Origin: Pseudomonadota bacterium
GTDB taxonomy: Bacteria; Pseudomonadota; Gammaproteobacteria; Magnimaribacterales; D2472
DNA: 64,000 nucleotides
Direction of reading: 5' to 3'
Assembly (NCBI GenBank): GCA_028404565.1
Contig: JAOOBR010000005.1
Span: 2,454-66,453, forward strand
Under the pieces are notes generated by a model. It did no database searches. It was not told the DNA's origin and worked only from the letters and a program-made list of their open reading frames with translations. Position 1 is the first letter of the stretch. Every line of letters starts with the position of its first letter. Shown in pieces: positions 9,150-18,461 of the stretch. Both the position numbers and the translations under genes were made by a program.

Positions 9150-11026
9150 TGAAAATATTTAATGAAATCCCTAATGAAGTTCCTTCAACTAAGCTGCTTG
9201 ATAGAATTAATTATCCTGAGGACCTTAAAGGACTTTCGCCTAATGATCTAAAAATTTTAGCTGATGAGTTAAGAGAATTTTTGCTCTACTCAGTTGGTAA
9301 AAGTGGTGGGCATCTTGGAGCAGGTCTCGGCGTTGTTGAGTTAACAATTGTTTTACATTACCTTTATGATTCTCCATCGGACAATATTGTCTGGGATGTT
9401 GGTCACCAAGCTTATCCCCATAAGATACTGACTGGTCGTAAGAATCAAATTAGCTCAATAAGATCAAAAGATGGCCTAGCTCCCTTTCCATCAAGAGGTG
9501 AAAGTAATTTTGATGCTTTTGGTGCGGGACATTCAAGTACATCTATAAGTTCAGCAGTCGGTATGGCTATTGCTAATAAATTAAATGAGGGAGAGAAAAA
9601 AACAGTAGCTGTTATTGGAGATGGTGCAATGACTGCCGGAATGGCTTTCGAAGCAATGCAGCATGCTGGAGGCATAAAGCCAGATATGCTGATAATTCTA
9701 AATGATAATGACATGTCAATCTCTGAAAATGTTGGAGGCCTAAATAATTACTTCTCAAGAATATGGGCTTCCAAACTTTATAAAGGGATTAAAAGTAATG
9801 GTAAAAAGTTTTTAAAGAATATCCCTGCTGCTCATCATCTAGCCCGCACTGTTGAGACTCATATGAAAACAATGGTAGCTCCAGGAGCTATTTTTGAGGA
9901 GCTTGGACTAAATTATATTGGGCCAATTGATGGTCATGATATAGATCAACTTTTAAATGTAATTGGAAATCTAAAGAATTTTGAAGGGCCACAGTTCCTT
10001 CACATAATTACAAAAAAAGGTGCTGGATATGATTTAGCTGAAGAGGACAGAATTAAATATCATGCAATATCTAAAACTAGTACCTCAAAAAATACAGGAA
10101 AAACAAAACCAAAATATCAAGATATATTTAGCAACTGGGTAGTAGACATGGCTAGAGAAGATAGTGATCTTGTTGCAATAACACCAGCTATGAGGGAAGG
10201 ATCAGGATTAGTTGAATTTAGTAAAGAGTTTCCAGAGAGATATTTTGATGTTGCAATAGCTGAGCAGCATGCTGTTACTTTATCTGCTGGATTAGCCTGT
10301 GAAAAAAAGAAGCCTGTGGTAGCAATCTATTCTACATTCCTTCAAAGAGCCTATGATCAACTGATTCATGATGTAGCACTTCAAAACTTAAATGTTACTT
10401 TTGCTATTGATAGAGCTGGACTAGTTGGTGAGGATGGGCCTACTCATTCAGGAAACTATGATCTAGTTTACTTAAGGTGCATACCTAATATGATCGTGAT
10501 GACTCCCTCAGATGAAAATGAAACTAGAAAGCTTTTAACAACTGGTTTTTTTCATAATGGGCCTGCATCAATAAGATACCCAAGAGGATCTGGTCCTAAT
10601 GTTGTTGTTGAGAATGATCTTTCACCTGTTGAAATAGGTAAAGGAAGATTGATTAAAGAAGGATCAAAAAATTTAATTGTTATAAATTTTGGAGCTTTGC
10701 TCGATCAAGCAGAAGAAGTTGCTGATACTTTAGGTCTTACTCTAATCGATATGCGTTTTGTGAAACCTCTTGATGAAGATATTCTTAGAAAATATCTATC
10801 TGAGGCACAAGCATTTGTTTCAATTGAGGATGGGTCAGTTGCTGGTGGCGCCGGAAGTGCTGTTCAAGAATTTTGCTCAGAAAATAATATAAATGTTAAG
10901 TCTAAACTTTTTGGCATACCTGATATATTCATTGAACATCAATCGAGAGAGGAAATGATTGAAGAATCTGGCTTAAAAGCTTCTAAAATAATAAAAGAGA
11001 TAGAGGGATTAGAATTAGAAGAGTAA
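9149..11026 (+). CDS. dxs: 1-deoxy-D-xylulose-5-phosphate synthase
   Basis: 625 aa, full-length Dxs with TPP-binding GDGAMTAGMAFEA. Start overlaps the ispA stop by 1 nt. Confidence 0.97.
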   Translation: MKIFNEIPNEVPSTKLLDRINYPEDLKGLSPNDLKILADELREFLLYSVGKSGGHLGAGLGVVELTIVLHYLYDSPSDNIVWDVGHQAYPHKILTGRKNQISSIRSKDGLAPFPSRGESNFDAFGAGHSSTSISSAVGMAIANKLNEGEKKTVAVIGDGAMTAGMAFEAMQHAGGIKPDMLIILNDNDMSISENVGGLNNYFSRIWASKLYKGIKSNGKKFLKNIPAAHHLARTVETHMKTMVAPGAIFEELGLNYIGPIDGHDIDQLLNVIGNLKNFEGPQFLHIITKKGAGYDLAEEDRIKYHAISKTSTSKNTGKTKPKYQDIFSNWVVDMAREDSDLVAITPAMREGSGLVEFSKEFPERYFDVAIAEQHAVTLSAGLACEKKKPVVAIYSTFLQRAYDQLIHDVALQNLNVTFAIDRAGLVGEDGPTHSGNYDLVYLRCIPNMIVMTPSDENETRKLLTTGFFHNGPASIRYPRGSGPNVVVENDLSPVEIGKGRLIKEGSKNLIVINFGALLDQAEEVADTLGLTLIDMRFVKPLDEDILRKYLSEAQAFVSIEDGSVAGGAGSAVQEFCSENNINVKSKLFGIPDIFIEHQSREEMIEESGLKASKIIKEIEGLELEE

Positions 11027-11468
11027 TTATTCCTGCTATAACATCATCTATTACTATGCCAAAACCATTCTTGAATCTTTGATCAAAATAACTTACTGGG
11101 AATGGTTTCAAAATATCGAAGACTCTAAATAAGATTAAAGCAAGGATTGCGATTATGGTTCTTTCAGATTGAATGTCAGCAAAATATATGGCTGGCATCA
11201 GTGCAATCCACATTCCTACCAGTTCATCAATAACGATTGATTTATCATCTTTTTCTTCAAGATCTTTCGAAATATATTCACAGACCCAAATCGCTAACAA
11301 GAATGCCATAGAGGTTAAGAGGATCATATTTAGATAGTGAGATAAAAAAATAAATAAGAACCAAGCAAAAATAGAACCAAATGTACCAGGTGCAAATCTT
11401 ATTAATCCAATTCCACCCAATGAAGCAATAAAGAAAATTGGATTTTTTAATGTTTTCCTATTATTCAT
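10983..11468 (-). CDS. pgpA: Phosphatidylglycerophosphatase A
   Basis: PgpA motifs (GTFGS, DELVGMW, VIDDVIAG). ATG at 11468 (MNNRKT...) preferred over the track's TTG at 11486. The 3' end overlaps the dxs 3' end by 44 nt. Confidence 0.85.
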   Translation of the reverse strand: MNNRKTLKNPIFFIASLGGIGLIRFAPGTFGSIFAWFLFIFLSHYLNMILLTSMAFLLAIWVCEYISKDLEEKDDKSIVIDELVGMWIALMPAIYFADIQSERTIIAILALILFRVFDILKPFPVSYFDQRFKNGFGIVIDDVIAGIITLLILIPLSLLLF

Positions 11469-12531
11469 TATTAACAATTCTAACAATATTTCTTGCTATT
11501 GAAGGTGCTGTAGTCCATTTACCCCCAAAAAGACTCAATAAATTATGGTCTTTTTGTATATAAAAATCTCTTGATGATGAATGAAAATCTTGAGCCTTTG
11601 ACTTAATAAGCGGCCTAACTCCTGAATAACTTTTAATTATTTCATCTTTGTTAATAGGTCTATCAATATAAATATTAATACTCTCTAAAAGATAATTTAC
11701 TTCTGAATCTAATACATGATTATCTTCAGGTGATCTCACTCTCTGTTCAGTTGTTCCAAGTAGAAGATTGCCTTGGTAAGGAAGAGCAAATATATATCTA
11801 TGTTTTTTTTGGTCTCTGAACATAAGACCCTTTTTAATTTTCCTATTAATTATTAAATGACTGCCTTTTATATAATCAATAGTTTTATTTGTATCAATTT
11901 TATTTTGTTTTAGAAATGAAGATACCCAAGGACCAGCAGCAATGATAATTTTTTTATATTGTTTTTCTTCAATATGCCCTTCTGATCTAATGCTCTTTAT
12001 TTCATTATTCTCATAGAAATTTACTCCATTACTTTTACATCTTTTTATAATTTCTTGCCCTACACTTTCTTGCATCAAACCATCATAGAAAGATATACCT
12101 GCTGAAATATTATTTTTTATACCTAAAGATAGGAGATCATCCTGCTTATATAACCTGCCAGTTTTAATATTTGATCGGCCGGCAAATGTCTCATAGACTT
12201 TAATACCAAAAAAAAACTTAAAAATTTCAGGAGATAATTTTTTTTTTGAAAGAATTATAATTTCCTGAAGTTTTGTTTCATCAGGAAAATTTTCAAGCCA
12301 CCATTTTCTATCATTAATTCCATTTTTTACTTCATGAAATTGCAAATTTTCTAAGTACCTTATACCACCATGTATTAGCTTAGTTGTCTTAGAGCTTGTC
12401 TCACTCAAGAGTTTTTTCTTTTCATATAAATCGACTTTATATCCCTCTAGAGATAGAAAATATGCAGAGATGAGACCTGTTATTCCGCCACCAACAATAC
12501 CAATTTTATTATTCAAATGGGTCCCATCCAT
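11461..12531 (-). CDS. FAD-dependent oxidoreductase, GlpD (glycerol-3-phosphate dehydrogenase)-like, lacking the GlpD C-terminal domain
   Basis: GIVGGGITG dinucleotide fold and SSKTTKLIHGGIRYLE (a GlpD signature). Ends just after GGKWTTAPSIA. ATG at 12531 preferred over TTG at 12540. Confidence 0.7.
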   Translation of the reverse strand: MDGTHLNNKIGIVGGGITGLISAYFLSLEGYKVDLYEKKKLLSETSSKTTKLIHGGIRYLENLQFHEVKNGINDRKWWLENFPDETKLQEIIILSKKKLSPEIFKFFFGIKVYETFAGRSNIKTGRLYKQDDLLSLGIKNNISAGISFYDGLMQESVGQEIIKRCKSNGVNFYENNEIKSIRSEGHIEEKQYKKIIIAAGPWVSSFLKQNKIDTNKTIDYIKGSHLIINRKIKKGLMFRDQKKHRYIFALPYQGNLLLGTTEQRVRSPEDNHVLDSEVNYLLESINIYIDRPINKDEIIKSYSGVRPLIKSKAQDFHSSSRDFYIQKDHNLLSLFGGKWTTAPSIARNIVRIVNNE

Positions 12532-13402
12532 TTTTCTCAAATGTTATTTCAGAGCCACCCTTTTTAACTGAAAGACCTAACTTTTGTATTATTTTCCCGA
12601 TAAGAAAGAATCCTTGGCTTTTTAGCTGATCATCAAGATGGCATGGCGCTGTAAAACAAAGCTCATAATCATCTCCATGAGTTAAGTCTTTATGATCATT
12701 GAGAATAGGAATATCCTCATAACATAATTCAGCACCTACATTTGACTGTTTGCAGATATCACCTAAATCTTTAATAAGTCCATCTGATATATCAATACAC
12801 GAAGTTGCAAAATCTGAAAGTTCTTTCGCTTTCTGGAATTGTGGCTTTGGTCTAAGAAAGTCCTTGCAATATATTGAATCTTTTTTATTGAGCCAATCAT
12901 TTAGACCTTGTTTTGCTTTTCCTAACTGACCTGTTACGTAGATAGAGTCTCCAGGGATCGCTCCATTTCTGAGTATTGGTTTTTTAAATGGATATCCAAA
13001 AACATTTACCGAAATATTTAATTCTCCATTGGTAACATCTCCGCCAACGAGATCAATACTAAATTCATCTAAAGCTTCCTTGATGCCATTAGAGAATTTT
13101 ACATACCAAGAGATTTCCTCAATATCGCAAGTCAGTGCAATAGAAATAAAAGAGGGAAAAGAGCACATTCCTGCTAAATCACTTAGCGCTGTAGTTATAG
13201 ATCTATAAGCGATATCTTCGGGTCTCATGCTTTCATGGAAGTGAACTCCTATTTTTGAGATATCAACAGAGTGAACTAACTGTCTGCCTTGAGTATCTAT
13301 TACAGCAGCATCATCTCCTGAACCTAATAGAATAGAATCTTTGTGATAAGTGCTATCAACAAGGTGTTGAAAGCATTTAAGAATGTCAGATTCAGATATC
13401 AA
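12509..13402 (-). CDS. thiL: Thiamine-monophosphate kinase
   Basis: 297 aa of the AIR-synthase-like ThiL family (GDDAAV..., DISDGL). Confidence 0.88.
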   Translation of the reverse strand: MISESDILKCFQHLVDSTYHKDSILLGSGDDAAVIDTQGRQLVHSVDISKIGVHFHESMRPEDIAYRSITTALSDLAGMCSFPSFISIALTCDIEEISWYVKFSNGIKEALDEFSIDLVGGDVTNGELNISVNVFGYPFKKPILRNGAIPGDSIYVTGQLGKAKQGLNDWLNKKDSIYCKDFLRPKPQFQKAKELSDFATSCIDISDGLIKDLGDICKQSNVGAELCYEDIPILNDHKDLTHGDDYELCFTAPCHLDDQLKSQGFFLIGKIIQKLGLSVKKGGSEITFEKNGWDPFE

Positions 13403-14592
13403 GAAGGATATCTTTCAAACAATCCACTTGCTCCCATACCGCCACCAATACACATAGTTACAACACCAAATTGCTTATCATGAGAATGAAGCTGTCTTAC
13501 TATATGCCCTACCTGTCTTGAGCCAGTCATACCAAATGGATGACCTATAGATATTGACCCTCCATCTAAATTGAGTTTTTCCATTGGAATACCAAGCTTG
13601 TCTCTGCAATAGACTACCTGCACCGCAAAGGCCTCATTAAGCTCCCAAATATCTATATCATCCATTGAAAGGTTGTAGTTATTTAAAAGTTTTGGAACTG
13701 AGAAAATGGGGCCTATACCCATTTCATCTGGCTCACATCCCATTGTTGTAAACCCTCTAAAATAAGCCAATGGCTTTAGACCAAGCTCAAGCGCTTTATC
13801 TTCGGACATTACCAGGGTAACAGATGCGCCATCTGATAATTGTGAAGAATTTCCAGCAGTAACTGATCCATTTTCTGGGTCAAAAACTGGTTTTAAAGAA
13901 GCCAATCCATCAAGCGTTGTTTCTGGCCTATTGCACTCATCTTTTTCTACACAATAATCAATCTCTTTTGAGTCGCCAGTTTCTTTATTCATAAGAAGCA
14001 TTTTTGTTTCCATTGGAATAATTTCATCATCATATGCTCCGGCTTGCTGAGCTGCTGCTGTTCTCATTTGACTTTCGAAAGCATACTCATCTTGAGCTTC
14101 CCTAGATACATTATATCTTTTTGCAACGACTTCAGCTGTCATTCCCATTGGGTAGTATATTCCTGGAGACTTTTCAGCAAGTCGTTCATTAACAAAATTA
14201 TCCATATTTTGCTTTCCCTGCATCATAGAAATTGTTTCTGCTCCACCAGCAATAACTGTGTCATAGCAACCAGCCATAATTTGAGATGCCGCCATAGATA
14301 TTGACTGCATTCCAGAAGAACAATATCTATTTATGGTTGTTCCTCCAGTAGTTATAGGTAGATTAGAGAGGACTGCAGCATTTCTTCCAACATTATGCCC
14401 CTGAGCACCCTCAGGATTTCCACACCCCATTATGATATCTTCAACAGCTTCTGGAGGTAAATTAGGATTTCTCTCCAATGTTGCATTTATAATATGTGCA
14501 AGCATTTCATCAGGCCTAGTCATATTAAATCCACCTCTAAATGACTTAGCTAGTCCTGTTCTAACACTATCTACTATTACGGCTGTTTTCAT
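13399..14592 (-). CDS. Acetyl-CoA C-acyltransferase (thiolase)
   Basis: 397 aa. Active-site Cys region NRYCSSGMQS and C-terminal GHPFGMTG / MCIGGGMG motifs. Confidence 0.95.
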   Translation of the reverse strand: MKTAVIVDSVRTGLAKSFRGGFNMTRPDEMLAHIINATLERNPNLPPEAVEDIIMGCGNPEGAQGHNVGRNAAVLSNLPITTGGTTINRYCSSGMQSISMAASQIMAGCYDTVIAGGAETISMMQGKQNMDNFVNERLAEKSPGIYYPMGMTAEVVAKRYNVSREAQDEYAFESQMRTAAAQQAGAYDDEIIPMETKMLLMNKETGDSKEIDYCVEKDECNRPETTLDGLASLKPVFDPENGSVTAGNSSQLSDGASVTLVMSEDKALELGLKPLAYFRGFTTMGCEPDEMGIGPIFSVPKLLNNYNLSMDDIDIWELNEAFAVQVVYCRDKLGIPMEKLNLDGGSISIGHPFGMTGSRQVGHIVRQLHSHDKQFGVVTMCIGGGMGASGLFERYPS

Positions 14593-14615
14593 AATCTACT
14601 CCAAAATTTACTTTG

Positions 14616-14921
14616 TTATTCTAATCTATCATCCTGTTCTCTTAAAGCTTTATACCACTTAGGAATTATATCGATATTATTTTCTTTAGCTTTTTGAACA
14701 AGATAAGGAATACTAACGGGGCTGAAAGGTAAAACAACAAGCACGCCCATGCCCAAGCTTTTAAGTATCTCTGCAAGCTGTTTGTTCGCATCTTCTAGAT
14801 CTTGTTCCGAGGCCTCGCCCTCAAGATATTTCAGATATAAATCCAACATTTTCGTGTTTTGTACATTTTCTTCTAAAAATGCATCTTTAAGCTTAAGTAG
14901 ATATTTCCTATACTTGATCAT
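14616..14921 (-). CDS. Small hypothetical protein with one hydrophobic segment
   Basis: 101-aa ORF filling the thiolase-nth gap. Charged N-terminal helix, then LGMGVLVVLPFSPVSIPYLV. The only long ORF here. Confidence 0.5.
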   Translation of the reverse strand: MIKYRKYLLKLKDAFLEENVQNTKMLDLYLKYLEGEASEQDLEDANKQLAEILKSLGMGVLVVLPFSPVSIPYLVQKAKENNIDIIPKWYKALREQDDRLE

Positions 14922-14947
14922 TTAGAATTAGTTTAAATATTTATTAT

Positions 14948-15601
14948 ATGACAAGAAAAGAGAGAGCATTAATAGTTAAAAAGATTTTAGGTAAAAAATA
15001 TCCTAATCCACCTATACCACTCAATCATTTCAACAATTTTTCTTTTTTGATAGCCGTTTTACTATCAGCCCAGTGCACTGATGAAAGAGTAAACCAGGTA
15101 ACTCCCAAGTTATTTAAGTTAGCAAAAAGCCCTCTCGAGATGTCAAAATTATCTGAAAAGAAAATATATTCTATTATTAAGCCTTGTGGTCTGGGTCCTA
15201 AAAAATCAAAAGCTATAAAACAGTTGTCAAAAATATTAGTTAAAGAACATAACAGCAAAGTTCCTGAAAGCTTTCATGAGTTAGAAAAATTACCAGGAGT
15301 TGGCCACAAAACTGCATCTGTTTTGATGAGTCAGGCTTTTGGTGAACCCGCTTTTCCTGTAGACACTCATGTTCACAGGTTAGCTCAAAGATGGGGGCTT
15401 ACTTCAGGAAAGAATGTAGTGCAAACAGAAAAAGATTTAAAGAAAGTATTCCCACCTGAAGACTGGAATGATTTACATTTGCAATTTATTTTTTGGGGAA
15501 GAGAATATTGCCAAGCTAGAGAATGCTTTGGACTGGAGTGTAAAATTTGTAAACAAACATCACCTAAAAGAAAAAAAACTTTTATCCACAAAAAACCATA
15601 G
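14948..15601 (+). CDS. nth: Endonuclease III
   Basis: 217 aa with HhH-GPD (LPGVGHKTASV) and a C-terminal Fe-S Cys cluster (C-x6-C-x2-C-x5-C type). Confidence 0.95.
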   Translation: MTRKERALIVKKILGKKYPNPPIPLNHFNNFSFLIAVLLSAQCTDERVNQVTPKLFKLAKSPLEMSKLSEKKIYSIIKPCGLGPKKSKAIKQLSKILVKEHNSKVPESFHELEKLPGVGHKTASVLMSQAFGEPAFPVDTHVHRLAQRWGLTSGKNVVQTEKDLKKVFPPEDWNDLHLQFIFWGREYCQARECFGLECKICKQTSPKRKKTFIHKKP

Positions 15602-15642
15602 TTCATTTAAAATATACTTATAGTTCATTTAAAATATACTTA
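15599..15642. repeat. Perfect 22-bp tandem direct duplication (tagttcatttaaaatatactta x2)
   Basis: Read directly: 15599-15620 is identical to 15621-15642. The first copy begins with the nth TAG stop codon. Confidence 0.95.
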
Positions 15643-15685
15643 ATATTTACAAATTGTAATCCTCGATCTTGGAGAAACTTTAAAA

Positions 15686-16981
15686 ATGTCTATGCTTGAT
15701 AATAAATCTAACGTTAAAACTGATGCAATCTTTTCAAATAAAAAAGATATAGAACTTTATGATGCTGAGCTTTGGGAATCCTTTGAAAAGGAAATGGTTA
15801 GACAGGAAGAACATATTGAACTTATAGCTTCAGAAAATTATGCAAGTCAAAGAGTGCTTCAGGCTCAGGGTTCTGTATTAACAAATAAATATGCTGAAGG
15901 ATATCCTGACAAAAGATATTATGGTGGCTGTGAATTTGTTGATATTGCTGAGAAGTTAGCAATAGATAGAGCCAAGGAGCTTTTTGATGCCGATTATGCC
16001 AACGTTCAGCCTCATTCCGGTTCCTCTGCAAATGCTGCTGCATATTTAGCATTACTTGAACCAAATGATGCAATACTTGGAATGAGTCTTGATCATGGAG
16101 GACACCTTACACATGGATCGAAAGTAAATTTTTCAGGAAGAAACTATAAATCTTTTCAATACGGTTTAAATCCTGAAACACATGATATTGATTATGATCA
16201 AGTTCGTGATTTAGCAAAAAAACATAACCCAAAACTAATAATTGCTGGGTTTTCAGCTTTCTCTGGTTTAGTTGATTGGAGTATATTTAGAGAAATTGCT
16301 GATGAGGTTAATGCTTATTTCTTGGTAGATATGGCTCACATATCGGGACTTGTAGCGGCAGGGATGTACCCCTCACCTGTTCCGTATGCAGATGTTGTGA
16401 CATCTACGACTCACAAAACACTAAGAGGTCCAAGGTCTGGGATTATTCTTGCAAGAGAGAATGAAGATATACAAAAAAAATTAAACTCCGCAGTTTTTCC
16501 AGGATCACAAGGAGGCCCTTTGATGCATGTTGTTGCTGCTAAAGCAGTTTGTTTTAAAGAAGCTCTTGAACCTGAATTTAAAACCTATATGTCCCAAGTT
16601 ATTAGTAATGCAAAAACTATGGCGAAGACTATTATTGGAAGAGGAGTCGATATAGTAAAAGGTGGCACTGAAAATCATATGATTCTTGTCGACCTTAGAA
16701 ATAAAGGGATAACAGGAAAGGACTCTGAATATAAACTTGGTTTAGCTAATATCACAGTAAACAAGAATGCTGTTCCTAATGACCCACAGTCTCCCTTTGT
16801 AACATCAGGAATAAGACTTGGAACACCTGCAGTTACAACAAGAGGCTTTAAAGAGGATGAAATTATTCAAATTTCAAATTGGATCTGCGACATAGTCCTT
16901 GATTTAGATAATGAGAAAAAAATTGAGGGAATTAAAAATAAAGCTCTATCTTTATGCAAAGAATTCCCAGTATATAAGTAA
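15686..16981 (+). CDS. glyA: Serine hydroxymethyltransferase
   Basis: 431 aa, full-length GlyA with the PLP site [12 protein letters not shown]. Confidence 0.97.
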   Translation: MSMLDNKSNVKTDAIFSNKKDIELYDAELWESFEKEMVRQEEHIELIASENYASQRVLQAQGSVLTNKYAEGYPDKRYYGGCEFVDIAEKLAIDRAKELFDADYANVQPHSGSSANAAAYLALLEPNDAILGMSLDHGGHLTHGSKVNFSGRNYKSFQYGLNPETHDIDYDQVRDLAKKHNPKLIIAGFSAFSGLVDWSIFREIADEVNAYFLVDMAHISGLVAAGMYPSPVPYADVVTSTTHKTLRGPRSGIILARENEDIQKKLNSAVFPGSQGGPLMHVVAAKAVCFKEALEPEFKTYMSQVISNAKTMAKTIIGRGVDIVKGGTENHMILVDLRNKGITGKDSEYKLGLANITVNKNAVPNDPQSPFVTSGIRLGTPAVTTRGFKEDEIIQISNWICDIVLDLDNEKKIEGIKNKALSLCKEFPVYK

Positions 16982-17457
16982 TGTATTGTCCTTTTTGCCA
17001 AGCAGAAGATACAAAAGTTGTTGATTCAAGAATATTTGCAGATGGATCTCAAATCAGAAGGAGAAGAAAATGCGATGTTTGCAAGGCAAGATTTACAACA
17101 TTTGAGGTTGCTGATCTAGCTCTTCCAAAGATTATTAAGAATGATGGGAAGCGACAAGAGTTTAATGGTTCTAAGTTAAAAAAAGGGATGCTTCGAGCCC
17201 TTGAAAAAAGACCTCTTTCGGCTGAGAAAACAGATGCCCTCTTTTCAAAGATCTTAAGTGATATAAGAGTGCTTGGAGAAAGAGAGATTCACTCTGAAAA
17301 AATAGGAGAGATTATGATGAATGCTCTTAAAGATGTTGATCAAGTTGCATATGTTAGATTTGCGTCTGTTTATAGAGATTTCCAAGATATCAGTGATTTT
17401 TCAGATGAAATAAAGTCGCTAAGTAAAGAAGATAAGAAAAAGTCTAAAAAGAAATAA
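16981..17457 (+). CDS. nrdR: Transcriptional repressor NrdR
   Basis: 158 aa. MYCPFC...KVVDSR zinc ribbon plus ATP-cone. Start shares 1 nt with the glyA stop. Confidence 0.95.
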   Translation: MYCPFCQAEDTKVVDSRIFADGSQIRRRRKCDVCKARFTTFEVADLALPKIIKNDGKRQEFNGSKLKKGMLRALEKRPLSAEKTDALFSKILSDIRVLGEREIHSEKIGEIMMNALKDVDQVAYVRFASVYRDFQDISDFSDEIKSLSKEDKKKSKKK

Positions 17458-18461
17458 TGCATGAAATTTTTTTAAAAAGGGCTATTAATCTAGCTCGTAA
17501 AGGAAAATATTTAACTAAGCCTAACCCTATGGTTGGTTGCGTTATAGTCAAAGACAGCGAAGTAATTGCAGAGGGGCACCATATGAAATATGGCTCTAAT
17601 CATGCAGAAATAAATGCGCTTGAGGATCTTAATAAAAATTATAATATTTCCGAAGCAGAATTTAGACAGCTCACTTTATACTGCACGCTAGAACCTTGCT
17701 GTCATCATGGTAAAACTGGACCTTGCACAGATGCAATAATTAAGTCTGGTATTAAGAAGGTTGTAATCGGGATCAAAGATCCAAACCCAAAGGTTTCTGG
17801 ATCTGGTATCAAACAATTAGAGGATAATGGTATTGAGGTTCTGTCTGGTTTTTTTGAAGAAGAATTGATTGAACTTAATAAACATTTCTTTTTCAAAAAT
17901 ACTTATAACAGGCCCTACATAGCTATAAAAATTGCTTCCTCAGCAGATGGAATGTCTCATAGAAAAGATAATACATTTACTTGGATTACCTCTGAACAAT
18001 CAAGAGATGATGTGCAAATTGTAAGAGCAGGATTTGATGCAATCCTTACTGGCGGTAATACACTCAGGAATGATAATCCTAGGATGAATGCTAGAGTTGA
18101 TTTTGAAATTAATCAGCCTCAAAAAATACTTTTAACTTCTCAAGAAATTAATAAAGAATCGAATTTCTTTAAAAGTGGAGATGTAATAATTCACCGCTCA
18201 TCTGATTTAAATAAAGTAATTACAGAGCTATCAAATACAGAAATAAATTCAATTTTAGTTGAAGCGGGTCCAAATTTGGTAAATGCTTTTCTGGATAACA
18301 ATTTAGTTGATGAAATAATTATATATAAGTCTAATATTACATTGGGAGATGAAGGAGTTTCTTGGTTTGAAAATAAAACTATAGAAAGCTTAGGTTTTGA
18401 TTTAAAATCCTCTTTTAAAATTAATGATGATAGTAAAGAAACTTATTTAAAAACACCATGA
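17457..18461 (+). CDS. ribD: Bifunctional riboflavin biosynthesis deaminase/reductase
   Basis: 334 aa. CMP/dCMP deaminase zinc motifs (HAEINAL, TLEPCCHHGKTGPC) plus a reductase domain. Confidence 0.9.
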   Translation: MHEIFLKRAINLARKGKYLTKPNPMVGCVIVKDSEVIAEGHHMKYGSNHAEINALEDLNKNYNISEAEFRQLTLYCTLEPCCHHGKTGPCTDAIIKSGIKKVVIGIKDPNPKVSGSGIKQLEDNGIEVLSGFFEEELIELNKHFFFKNTYNRPYIAIKIASSADGMSHRKDNTFTWITSEQSRDDVQIVRAGFDAILTGGNTLRNDNPRMNARVDFEINQPQKILLTSQEINKESNFFKSGDVIIHRSSDLNKVITELSNTEINSILVEAGPNLVNAFLDNNLVDEIIIYKSNITLGDEGVSWFENKTIESLGFDLKSSFKINDDSKETYLKTP

